Shown here in pieces: positions 20,401 to 32,400 of a stretch of 64,000 nucleotides of DNA. Source of the stretch: an uncultured Acidobacteriota bacterium (GTDB taxonomy: Bacteria; Acidobacteriota; Thermoanaerobaculia; Multivoradales; UBA5704). The notes below the pieces were generated by a model. It did not search any database. It saw nothing but the letters and a program-made list of their open reading frames with translations, and was not told where the DNA came from. The stretch is from positions 4,928,001 through 4,992,000 of the forward strand of contig CAVYRF010000002.1 in assembly GCA_963770895.1 (NCBI GenBank). Direction: 5' to 3'. Numbering within the stretch: the first letter of the stretch is position 1; every line of letters starts with the position of its first letter. The position numbers and the translations under genes are program-made.

Positions 20401-23400
20401 GCCCCAAGTAGGCCAGCCACGACCCCTCGGGAGACCAGACCGGCGCCGCGATCCCCGGCGCCAGCGACGGGTCGATCGCCGCCACCAGCGTCCAGCCCGC
20501 CGCCGCGGGCGCCGTGGGGTCGAAGATCCAGAGCCCCGACTGGCCGCCCACCGACCCCACCGCCGCCAGGCGCAGGCCGTCCGGCGCCGCCGCCACGCTC
20601 GCCACCCAGTCCATGGTGGCGACGGCGGTGCGCACGGCGCCCGCGAAGCGGTAGCTGTCGATCTCGCCGCTGCCGCTGAGCAGCAGCAGGCCGCTGCCGT
20701 CCGCCAGCCAGCCGCCGGCGAGCCCGTTGGCCGCCGCCGGCAGCGTCAGGCTGGCGCCGCCGCCCGCGCCCTGGAAGTCGTAGAGCACCACCTGCTGGCC
20801 GGTCTGCGGCAGCAGCAGGTAGCGGCCGTCCGGCGACGGCACCGCCGGCGCTCCCGGCGCGGCGCCGGCATCGGCCGTCGCCACCGCCGCCGCGGCCTGG
20901 GTGCTGCGCGTGCCGCCCGTCCCGGCCGGCGGCGTGAGCACCACCGTCGCCCCCGGCGCCGCCGTGCCCGCCAGGTCGGCCGTCGCGCCGGTGGTGGCGA
21001 AGGCGAGCGTCGAGATCGCCGGGAAGGTGAGCACCGGCGCCAGCCCGGCGGGCGGCGGCGCCACCGCCACGGTGACCGCCACGGTGTTGGACGGCGGGCC
21101 GGCGTTGCCCGCCGTATCCACCGCCACCACCGTGTAGTGCCACGTGCCGTTGGGCCGCCCGGTGTCGGTGTAGGCGGTCGTGGGCGCCGTCACCGTCGCG
21201 ATCTGCGTCCCCTCGCGCAGCACCTGGTAGAAGGCGAGGTTGGCGTCGGCGCTCGCCGTCCAGGTGAGGCCGACGCTGGCGCCGACCGCCGCGCCGGCCA
21301 GGGTCACCGCCGGCGGCCCCGCGTTGGCGACCGCCACGGCCGCCGCCGCCGAGGGCTGGCTTTCGAGCCCCAGCGGGCCCACCGCGACGACCTGGTAGGA
21401 GTGGTTGCCGTTGGCCGGCGCGTCGGTCGCCGCGGTGGCGGCGGTGAGCGGGCGCTCGTAGACGCGCAGCTCCGCCACCCACGGCTCGGCCGACGTCGGC
21501 AGCAGCTGCAGCCGGAGCTTGCCGGTCAGGTAGCTCAGCGGCAGCGTCTGCACGGTCTGCGCCCCGCTCGCGCCGCGCACCTGCGCCAGCGGCACCCAGA
21601 CGCTGCCGTCCCAGCCTTGGAGGTCGAAGTCGCCGGCGTTCTGCGGCGTGCCGTCGGGGCCGCCCGCCCAGTCGATCTGCACCTGGATGAGCAGGCGCGG
21701 CGCCGGCCAATCGACCTCCAGCCACTGGTTGCGCAGGTCGGGGTCGCTGCCCGCCTCGGGCACCCAGAACGTCGTCTCGTCGCCGTCGATCGCCGCCGGT
21801 GCGCCGTCGGGATCGGACGCCGCCGGGCTCGAGGCGCCGGCGCTGAGCGGGCCGTCGACCGGCGTCGGCGCCGGGTCGTCGGCGCCGTCGCGCAGCAGCC
21901 GGTAGCCGATCACCTGGTCGGCGGCGGGATTGGGGTTCCAGGCCAGGGCCACGCTCAGGGTGCCGTCCGTGGCGGCGGTGGCGGTGAGGCCGGTCGGCTG
22001 CGCCGGCGGCGCGCCGGCGACGACGTGCACGCTGGCCGGCTGGCTGACGTTGCCGGAGGCGTCGGTCGCCGTCACCGTCAGCACGTTGGTGCCGAGCGCC
22101 AGCGGCAGGCCGTTCCAGGCGAAGCTGCCGGTGCCGTCGGCGGCGACCGCCGGGATGGCGACGCTGCCGGCCGGGCCGCTGTCGGTTCCCGCGACCTGCG
22201 CGCCGGCCGCCGCGCCGCTGCCGGCGAGGGCGGTCGAGCTGGCCGCGGTGGGCGTGTAAGGCTGGGCCAGGACCGGCGCGTAAACCACCGCCGTGACCGG
22301 GCCCGCCGGCTGCGAGGCGTTGCCCGCCGTGTTGACGGCGGTGACGGTGTAGGACCAGGTGCCGGCGGCCAGCCCCTGGTCGGCGTAGGTGGTGGCGGCG
22401 ATCGGCGCCGGGGTGAGCTGGGTCGCCGTGCCGTCGGCGGCGGTGCGCGTGACCAGGTAGCCGGCCAGGCCGGCTACCGGCGGCGTCGCCGCGCTCCAGG
22501 TGAGGGTCACGGTGCCGCCCGCCACCGCCGCCGCCAGCCCGGCCGGCGCCGGCGGCGCCACCAGGTTCTGGTGCGCCACCGCGATCGGCGCCGGCGCCGG
22601 GTCGGTGGCGCCGCCGGTGTCGGTCGCCACCGCCTGGATCAGGTAGTTGCCGTAGGCCAGCGACGAGGCGTCCCAGAGGACCTCCCAGGGCGCCGCGGTG
22701 AGCGGGGCGCCGAGGTTGGTCCAGGCCGTGCCGCCCGCCGCCTGCCACTGGAACTGCACGCTGGCGATGTCGAGGTCGGCGCTGGTGCCGACGACGTCGA
22801 GCGTGCTCTGGAAGGCCGTCCCCGCCGCCGGCTGGGTGATCACGACGTGCGGCGGGTGGTTGTCGAGCGACGCCTGGGCGGGCGCCGACGGGGCGCTCTG
22901 GTTGCCGGCGGTGTCGAGCGCGTAGAGGACGTAGACGAACGTGCCGTCCGGCAGGTTGGCGTCGCTCCACGACGTCGTTTGCAGCAGGTAGGGGGTGAGG
23001 TCGCCGACCACGGCGCCCACGGCGTCGACCAGCTGGCCGTTGCGGTACAGCAGGTAGCCGGCCAGGTCGCTTTCCGTGTTGGGGTTCCAGGCGACCTGGA
23101 TGCCGGTGCCCTGCGCCGTCGCGGTGAGCCCGGTGGGCGCGGCCGGCGGCGTGTTGTCGGTGGTCACCGTGATCTCGGCGGCGGCGACGTTGCCCTGCAG
23201 GTCCTGCGCCTCGAGGCGGATGGTCAAGGCCGAGTTGTCGGGGATCGCGGTGGTGTCCCACTCGGCCAGCTCCTCGTCCACCACCGCCAGCGGCGAGGTG
23301 CGGAGCAGGTTCGGCGGCGCGCTGCCCAAAGGCGTCACGTAGACGCGGTACTCGGCGAAGTCGTTCAGCTTCTCGGCGGTGCCGACGATCGAGACGACGC

Positions 23401-26400
23401 CGCCGACGCGGCTGCCGCCCGCGGGCCGCGACAGGATCGCCGTCGGCAGGGAGGGGTCGACCACCGCCTGCGCCGGTGCCGAGGGGGCGCTGGCCAGGTC
23501 CTCCTGGTCGACCGCCACCAGCGTGTAGGTGTAGGTCCCGGCGCTCAGCCCGGCGTCGACGTAGGCGGTGCCGGTGAGCAGCTGCTGGGGATCGACCGCC
23601 GCGCCGTTGCGCAACAGGCGGTAGCCGGCCAGATCGGTCTCGCTGTTGGCGAGCCACGACAGGTGCACGCTCTGCTGGCTGACCTGCGCCGCGACGCCCT
23701 GCGGCGCCGCCGGCGGATGGGTGTGGACGTTCACCTGCACCTGGGTCGACGCCTGGTTGCCCGCCTTGTCGACGGCGGTCAGCTGGAGCGTCGCCGGGCC
23801 GTCCGGCGGCAGCGCGGTCCACGACGCGAGGGCGCCGGCGGTGACCGGCGCCGTGCCGGAGCCGACCGGCGAGAACAGCTGCGCCGCGCCGGGCGCGCTG
23901 CTGGCGACCGCCAGCTGGTAGCTCACCAGGTTGGCGTCCGCGGCCGTGCCGATGACGTTCATCGGCCCGGTGACGTAGGCGCCGGCGGCCGGCGTCGCGA
24001 TGGCGACGACCGGCGGCGTGTTGTCGATGGTGATCGCCGCCTGCGCGCTGGCGGTCTGCGCCGCCAGGTCGGTGGCCTCCAGGCGCAGCACGTAGGAGCC
24101 GCTGGCGACGCCGGTCAAGCTCCAGGCGAAGATCGGCGACGGCAGCGGCAGCGTCGTGCCGGTGGCGAGCGTCGTCCACGTCGCGGGCTGGGCGCCGGCG
24201 CCCAGCTGCAGCGTCCAGCTCTGCAGGTGGGCGTCGGTGATGGTGCCGGCGACCGGCACGACGCCGCCCACGGCGCCCAGCACGGCAGCGGCTGCGGGCG
24301 CCGCCAGGGTCACCTGGGGTGGCGTCGAGATCACGCCGAAGGGGATGATCTGCTCGGTCTGGTTCTGCGCCGCGTCGGCGGCGTCCACCTTGAGCGCGTA
24401 CTGGCCGTCGGTCAGGCCGGAGAGGCTGGCGAGCGCGGCGGCGGCGGTCACGGCGGTCGAGCCGGTGGCGATCTGGGTCCATGCCGGCGCCTGCGGCGTC
24501 GAGGTGATGGCGACGCTCCAGCTGGTGAGCGTCGGGTCGGTGATCGCGCCCAGGACCGACCCGGTCGGCGTCACCCAGCCGCCGGCGGCCGGGCGCGTCA
24601 CCGTCACCTGCGGCAGCGTGCCGTCCACCTGGACGGTGATCGCCTGCTGGTCGGTGTACTGGGCGTTGGTGGCCGAGGCCACCGAGAGCACCACCGAGTA
24701 GGTGCCGTCGGCGACCGTCGTGCCGGCGTCGTTCCTGCCGTTCCACACTGCCGCGGCGGAGCCCGCCGGCGCCGCCGCCCCCGCCAGGAGGGTGCGCACG
24801 GTGTTGCCGCCGGCGTCCTGCACGGTCAGGTTGGCGGTCACCGGCGAGCCGACGCTCCACAGGATGTTGGTGGTCTCCAGGCGGCCGTCGCCGTTGGGTG
24901 AGAAGAGGCGCGGCTGCGCCTCGAGGTCGGTGATCAGCAGGCTCAGGTTGGCCAGGTTCACCTGCACCGTCGTCTGCGCGGTGTTGCCGGCCAGGTCCAC
25001 CGCCGTCAGGCGCAGCGTGTAGAGGCCGGTCAGGCCGAAGGTATTGAAGGAGCCCAGGTAGCCGCCGATGACCGCCGACGTGCGGGTGGCGAGCGTCGCC
25101 CAGGTCTGCGGCGCGCTGCCGGCGCCGACCTCGAGCGACCAGCTCGCCAGGTTGAGGTCGTTGGCCGTCCCCTGCACTTCGACGACCAGGCCGAGCGGAT
25201 CGGCCGGCCCCGATGGGTAGGTGATGGCGACGACGGGCGGCGTGTTGTCCAGGATCAGGCAGGTGATCGCCGCGCCGTGGTTGCCGCAGTCGTCGTCGGT
25301 GAAGCCGGCGATGACCTGGTAGACCCCGTCCGCCAGGGTCGCGCCGTTGTCGTCCTCGCCGTCCCAGGCGACGTTTTGCGGCGTCCCCACCTCGACCCCG
25401 GAGACGATCTGGCGCACCGGCGGCGCGCCGGTTGCGGTGCAGGTGGTGGGGAGCTCCGGCCCCGCCTGCAGGTAGGCGGCCGGCACGACCGACAGGCCGG
25501 CGTGCGCCGGCTCGCCGGCGGCGACCGTCAGCGTCACGGTGTCGTCGACGCCGTCGCCGTTGGGCGAGAAGTACTGCGGGCCGGCCGTCAGGCTGGGATC
25601 GCTGACCACGGCGTCGACGGTGAAGGAGGTGGCGGCGCAGGTCGCCCAGCCGCTGGGGTTGGTCGCCTTGAGCTGGGCCGTCACGGTGCCGGCGACGTCG
25701 CCGACGGCGCCCAGCGCGCCGGAAACCTGGGCCGGCGTGCTGAGGTCGCCCGGCTGGTGGTCGCTCGGCTGGACCCCGCTGTCGGCCACCTCGCTGCCGT
25801 CGGCGGCCTGGAAGGTGAGCCTGTAGCCGACCGCGAGGGCGTCCTGGACGGTGCCCCGCACCACCACCCGGTTCTGGATGCCGCAGACGCTGCGGCCGGG
25901 AAGCGGGTAGGTGAAGGCGGCCGTGGGCGGCGTGTGCTCGACGGTCACCGGCACCGAGAGCAGGAAGGCGTCGCCGTGGATGTTGGTGACCTGGGCCTGC
26001 CAGGTGTAGGTGCCGGCAGGGGTCGATGCGGTGTCGAAGTCGTACTGGTAGAGCTTGTCGGCGGTCGGGTTGCTGACGCTGTAGAAGATGCCGTTGGCGT
26101 CGCTCAGGGTGAGCAGCTGGAGCGGCGTGCCGTCGAGGCTGTGCGGCGTCAGGTCGAGCACCCGCGCCGTCGCGGGGACGGCGTCGCAGGCCGCCGGCGA
26201 TACCGGTTCCAGGCTGGTTTCCAGGGCGACGCAGCTGAACTCGAAGCCCTCGGCGGGAATGGTGATGGTGTCGGTGACCGTGGCTCCCGTCGCCGGGTCG
26301 ATCTGCGGCAGGGTGGTCACGACCAGCGCCATCTGGTAGGGGATGCAGCCCTGCCATTCGGGCGAGGTGAAGATGAAGTTGGTGCCGTCGTTCGCCACCG

Positions 26401-29400
26401 GCGCGAAGGTCTGCGGAGCGTTGAAGCGCGGGTCCTTGGTGCTGGTCACGATGAGCGAGATCTGGCTCACTCCCGACAGGCCGGAGGTGGTCGCGACCAT
26501 CACCGGATCGCGGGGTGGATCCAGGTCCTGCTGGGTGAGCAGCGCGCCCACGGCGGAGCTGAACCGCAGCGGGTCGAGGATCTGCTGCAGGACGGCGCCG
26601 ATGGCGTTGAGCTGCACCAGCTGCGAGGTCCAGGTGGTGGCGGTGACGTCCACGGTGCGGACGCGCGCCACGGTCTCGACGCCCGGAGTGACGTTCTGGA
26701 GGTCCCAATCCATTTCGAAGACGGTGTTGGGGATGGCCGTCTGGGACACGTTCGAGCCGGGCGGATAGAAGGTGGCGATCGGCTCCGACACCCAGGCGTT
26801 GGGATCGGGCGTGCCGCTCGCGGGCGCCGGCTGCGTGTCGACGAACACCTGGACCATCGGCGCCAGGACCGACTCGCTGACCTGGATGCGGACCGGCGCC
26901 TGGATCTCGCCGTAGCGCAGCGGCGGCTGCGGCGGCTGGGGACCCGGACCGGCAATCGCCGGCACGCACGAGATCGGCGCGACCGGCAGCAGCTGGCCGG
27001 TCGCCGGGCTGAAGCCCTTGTTGCCGAAGCCGCTCAGGAAGAGCTGCTGCGGCCCCGGCGCCACCTGCTGCTGGGCGCTGTTGCCGGCGACGTCGGTGGC
27101 GAGCACGCGGAAGCTGTGGTTCTCGAACTGCGCCGCGGTGAGCTGGCCGGAGACCGCCGGCTCCCAATCCGCGGGCGCGGCGCCGACGCCGGTCTGGACG
27201 CTCACCGAGGCGAGGCCCACCGCGTCCTTGACCGCCGCGGAAAAAGCCGGCGCGTAGGCGAGGATGGACGGCGGCTGGCCGGCGGCTTGCGAGGGGTTGC
27301 CGATGCAAGCCTCGGCAGCGGTGACCCCGAGGGTGATCGCGGGCGGTTGGGTGGCGACGGTGATCGGCAGCTGGTAGCCCAGCACCTTCATGGTGTAGTC
27401 GCCGTCCGGCACGACCGTCCCGGCGTCGCTGGTGCCGTCCCAGGTGAGGTCGAAGGACTCGCCGACCTGGTCGTCGTCGGCGGTGATGGTGCGCACCGGG
27501 TTCGCGTTGGCGTCGTAGAAGACGAAGCTCAGGTGCACCGGCTGGAGCACCGTGTAGTGGATGTCCGCGGTGTCGTCGACGCCGTCGCCGTTGGGCGAGA
27601 TGTAGCGCGGCGTCAGGCTCAGGTCGGTGATGAAGGGCGAGGTGCTGGAGGAGGCGCGCGCCGTCGCCGTGCGGCTGTTGCCGGCGAGGTCGCGAACGGT
27701 CAGGCGCACCACGTACGAGCCTGGGCCGGGCGGCACCCAGGCGGTGAATTCGCCGGCCACGACCGGGGTCGACGAAGGCGGCGCGATCGGCGTCCACACC
27801 CCCGGATTGGCGGTGTTCTCATAGTCCAGCTGGTAGCTTGCGAAGTGCAGGTCGGCCGCGGTGCCGGAGAGGATCTCGGCGCCGGAAGCGGGATCGACGC
27901 GGATCTGCAGGTCGGCGGTGAGGTTCTGCAGCGACGCGAGCGCCCAGGTGTGACCCGCCGCCGCCTCGCAGCTGTTCGACTGGCCGCTCTCGTCGAAGGA
28001 GTAGAGCATGTAGCGGCCGGCCGGCGAGAAGGCCTGGAAGGAGAGGCCCTGGATCTGCGGCAGGAGCGGCGCCGAGGTGCCGGCGACCAGGTCGAAGAGG
28101 GTGGACGCGTCAGCGGCGCTGGCGTTGTCGGCGGTGTCGAAGAGGGCGAGCGCCAGCTGGTTGGGGGCCCACGTCAGGAGGGGATAGACCACCGGCTCGA
28201 CCGGCGCCGTCGCGGCGTCCCGCGGTCGCATGGTGGCGCCGGCGCGGGCGCCGGCCTCGGCCCTGGCCGCGGGCGCCATCGCGGCGGGTGCCGTCGCGGG
28301 CGGCGGCTGGTCCGCGGCCAGCCCTTCGGTGGCGTCCAGGGAGAGCTGCAGGCGGCCGGGCAGCACGTCGTTCCAGACCACCTCCATCTGGGCTTCGTGC
28401 AGGTCGATGGTGCGGCCGTCGAGCGCCGCCACGGCGGCCCGCACGTCGCGGCCGTCCGCGAGGCGGTGGGCGGCGGTGGGGGCCTGGCGGTTGAGGTTCG
28501 ACAGCAGCGACACGCGGTCGACCGTGGCGGCGCTCGCTCCGGTCTGGCGGATGCGCAGGCGCAGCTCGCCGCGGGTGCCGCGCAGGCGGCGCCCGAGATC
28601 CAGGCGGTGCTCGCGCTGGCGCGGGTCGAAGTGCAGCGCGCCGCGATCGACCCAGGCGTGGCCGTCCCAGACGGAGACGTGGAAGGACGTGCAGCCGGGC
28701 TGGAAGACCTGGGTGTAGGCGACCGTCGCCAGGGCACCGGTGGCCGGGTCGATCGTCACGGTCCGCTCGAAGCCCTCGCAGTTGTTGGGGCTGCGATATT
28801 CGAGCTGCGCCGCCAGGGTGGTCGCGTCGGACGACCACGACACGGCGACCGAGGGCGCGTCGTAGGAGGGCGCCGCCGGCAGCCCCAGCGCGAAGTCCGG
28901 GATGTCGGTGGGCATCGCGAAGGTGCCGAGCGGCGTGCCGTCGCGGCCGAAGACCTCGACCGCGCCGACGAGGCCCACCGCCAGCTGCTGGCTGTCGGGC
29001 GACCAGGCGGTGGAGGTGACGTAGCCGCTGACCGGGATCAGGTCGCCGCCGCCGCCGGCGAGGTCCACGATCCACACCCCCGAGCTGTCGGCGTTGCCGC
29101 CGGCGCCGGCGAGGAGCGTGTGGTCCGGCGACACCGCGCCGGCGCCGGTGACGGCGAACGAGTCGGGGCCGTCGCCGGTGCTGTCGAACAGCTGGCGCGC
29201 CGCGCCGCCGCCCACCGGCAGCACCTCGATGCCGCCGGTCTGGGAGGCGACGATGACGTTCTGGCCGGCCGGATCGAAGGTCAATAGCTCGGCCGACACG
29301 TCGGTCGAAAGGGCCGCCGGCGGCGCGGCGCCGTTGGTGGCGACGGTCCACAGGCCGCTCGCCGAGCTGGCGGCGGCGGTGCCGTCGAAGGCCAGGAGCC

Positions 29401-32400
29401 TCCCGTCCGGCGAGCCCAGGAGCTGCGACGGGACGCTGCCCAACGGCGCCGCCGGGCCGCCGAGAAAGAAGGTGTCGGGCACGATCGTCTGGATGCCGCC
29501 GCCGGTCGCACCCTCGGAGTAGATGCCGATGCCGTAGATGTTGGTGGGGTCGGGCAGGATCTCGTCGAAGTAGACCGTCTGCTCGTCGGCGCTGTAGAAG
29601 AGCACGCCGGGGCTCTGCGCCGGGCAGGTCAGGTTGAACGAGGTCAGGTAGGGCGTGCCGAGGGCGGCGAAGAGCGGCGAATGATCGGTGTCGACGGTGG
29701 CGACCGTCTCGCCCTGCTCGCTGCCGTCGCCGCCCAGCACGCGCAGCACGTAGTCGCCGTCCGCCACCACCCGGCCCAGGTCGTCCTTGCCGTCCCAGAC
29801 GAAGCTGCCGCCGGTGACGCCGGTGTAGCTGGTGCTCGCGACGTTGCGCACCGCGGTGCCCTGGGTGTCGACGATCTGGATGCTCGCGTTGGTCGTGCCG
29901 CCCAGGCGGAAGTCGAGCTCCGTCGTGTCCTGGACGCCGTCGCCGTTGGGCGAGAAGTAGCGGTTGGTGACGGTGAAGTTGCCCTGCTGCACGGTGATCG
30001 CGAGGCTCGCCTGGTTGTTGGCCTTGCTCGCTTCGACGACCGCGCCGGCGGGGTCGACGATCACGAACAGAGTGCGGTTGCCGCCGGGGCCGAGAGTCCA
30101 GGTGATGGTGCCGGGGGCGGTGCCGTTCCCCGGCAGGAGCGGGATGGTGACGGTGCCGGCCTGGGCGCCCCCGTGCGCCGGATCGCCGTCGTAGGCGGCG
30201 ACGAGCAGGTTCGGGATCGACTGCTGGCCCAGGTTGGCGACCGTCACCGTGAGGGTCACCGCCTGGCCGGGGACCGGGAAGGCGGGCGCCAGCTGCAGCG
30301 ACGCCGCGGTGATCGCAGCGTCGGGGAGCGACAGGATCGGCAGGACGATGAAGGTGGCGAGGTCGGCGCGGCTGAACAGCGACTGCTGGACGTTGGGGTC
30401 GACCGCGGCGTAGATCACCTGGCTGCCGGCGGGCGCCAGGCTGGGCGCCGTCGCGGCGGCGGTGGCGGTGCCGCCGGCCGGCACGGTGGGGATCACGGCG
30501 AGCGGCGCCAGCAGCGTGCCGCCCTGGGCGGGGTCGCCGAGGTAAAAGCCTACCTGCAGGTCGGTCACGTCCTGGACGCCGGGGTTGTGGACCACCAGGC
30601 TGGCGGTGAGCGGCCGGCCCTGGAGGCCGGGGTTGGGGGCGACGGTGAGGTCGCCGTCGCCCACCTCGATCTCGGCCTGCGTCACGGCGGCGGCGCTGAA
30701 GGCGAGCGACGCCTGGTTGTCAGCCGGGTTCGAGTCCTGGGGGAGCACCTGCACCTGGGCGGTGAAGGTGAGGTTGCCGGTCAGGTTCACCCGCCAGTTG
30801 ACCGACTCCTGGGCGCTGCCGCCGGCGGGGAGGATGACCGTGCCGGGAGTCAGCGTCTCGGTCGTGGTGCCGTCGGTCACGCTGTAGGCGACGGTCGCCG
30901 ACGGCGCGTCGACGGTGCCGTAGTTGTGGAAGGTGACCTTGAAGGTGGCTTCCTGGCCGGTGTAGGCGGGGCCCGCGAGCTGGATGTCCGCGGCGGCGAG
31001 CCCGAGGTCCAGGTTGGCGACCGTGGTGACCGAGGCCTGGGCGCTGTTGTTGCTCTTGTCGGCCTCGGAGATCAGGTTGTTGGGATCGGCGACGACCGTG
31101 TAGGTGGTGGTGCCGGGGGCCGCCAGGGTGGCCACGAAGTTGGCGACGGCGCTCGAGCGGGCGGGCAGCGCGACGGTGACGTCGCCCAGGGCGGTGCCGG
31201 TCTGCGGCGTGCCCTGGTAGAGGCGCACGTCGACGGTGGGCGCGGCGGTCTGGCCGTTGTTGTGCACCACCGCTGTAATGGCGAGCTGCACCGGCAGGGC
31301 CGAGGGCGCCGGCGGGCTGATCGAGATGTCGCTCGGCGCGATCGCCAGGTCGACGCCGGGAGGGGGCGCCGCGACGGTGATGGCCAGGGTCGCATGGTTG
31401 TCGGCCTTCGACAGCTCGGCCGTCTGGTCGTCGGGGTCGATCACCGCGTAGAGGACGTGGCTGCCGGCCTTGCCGAGCGTGTTCCAGGTGGCGGTCAGGG
31501 TGGCGGTCTGGCCCGAAGGGAGCGGCGGGATCGCCACGTCGGCGCCGATCGCGGCGCCGCCCGCTGCCGGGGCGCCGTCGTAGAGGCGCACCACGCCGGC
31601 GGGGGTGGCGACGTCGCCGTTGGACAGCACCGTCATGGTGATCGTCACCGTGTCGCCGTCGTCGGGAGCGGCGGGGGCGGCGGCGAGCGGCCCGGAGAAC
31701 GTCCAGTTGGGCAGCGTCACGCGCTGCAGGGCGGCGACCACGGCGGCGGTCGTCGCGGTGCTCCCTTCCCAGCTGCCGCTCGTCGCCTGGTGGGTGCCCA
31801 GGTAGGCGGCGGCGGAAGCGGAGTTGATCGCCGTGCCGCTTGCGAGGTCGAACGCCGCTTGCAGGGCGGCGGCGGTGTCGTGGGCGGTCGAGGGGCTGTC
31901 GCCGAAGCCGCCGTCGGGGTTCTGGCGCGCCGCCAGGAAGGCCAGGGCGCCGGCGGCGGCGGTTTGGCCGGCGGTGCTGCCGGAGGCAGGGCCTGCCAGG
32001 CCCAAGGCGCGCAGGGCCTCGACCACCTGGGCGGTGGGGCCGGTGCGGCTGGCGCCGCCGGGCACGTTGCCCCAGCCGCCGTCGGCGCCCTGGCTGGCGA
32101 GCAGGTACTGGCCGGCGCCGGTGAGCGTCGCGGCGGGCGCGCCGGCGGCGCCGGCCAGGGCCAGGGCGGCGAGCGCGGTGTCGACCGGCTCGCTGGCGTA
32201 GCCCGGCCCGAGCCCCCAGCCGCCGTCGGCGTTCTGCTGCGCGGCCAGGGCGGTGCGCAGCGTTGGGCTGCCGAGGGTCGTGGCGAGGCGCGCCAGCTCG
32301 TCGGCGTTGGCGGCGGTCTGCGCCGAGAGCCAACCGATGGCGAGCTGGCGGGCGCCGGCGGAGAAGGCCGGATCGAAGCTCACCAGGGTCGGCAGCACCA

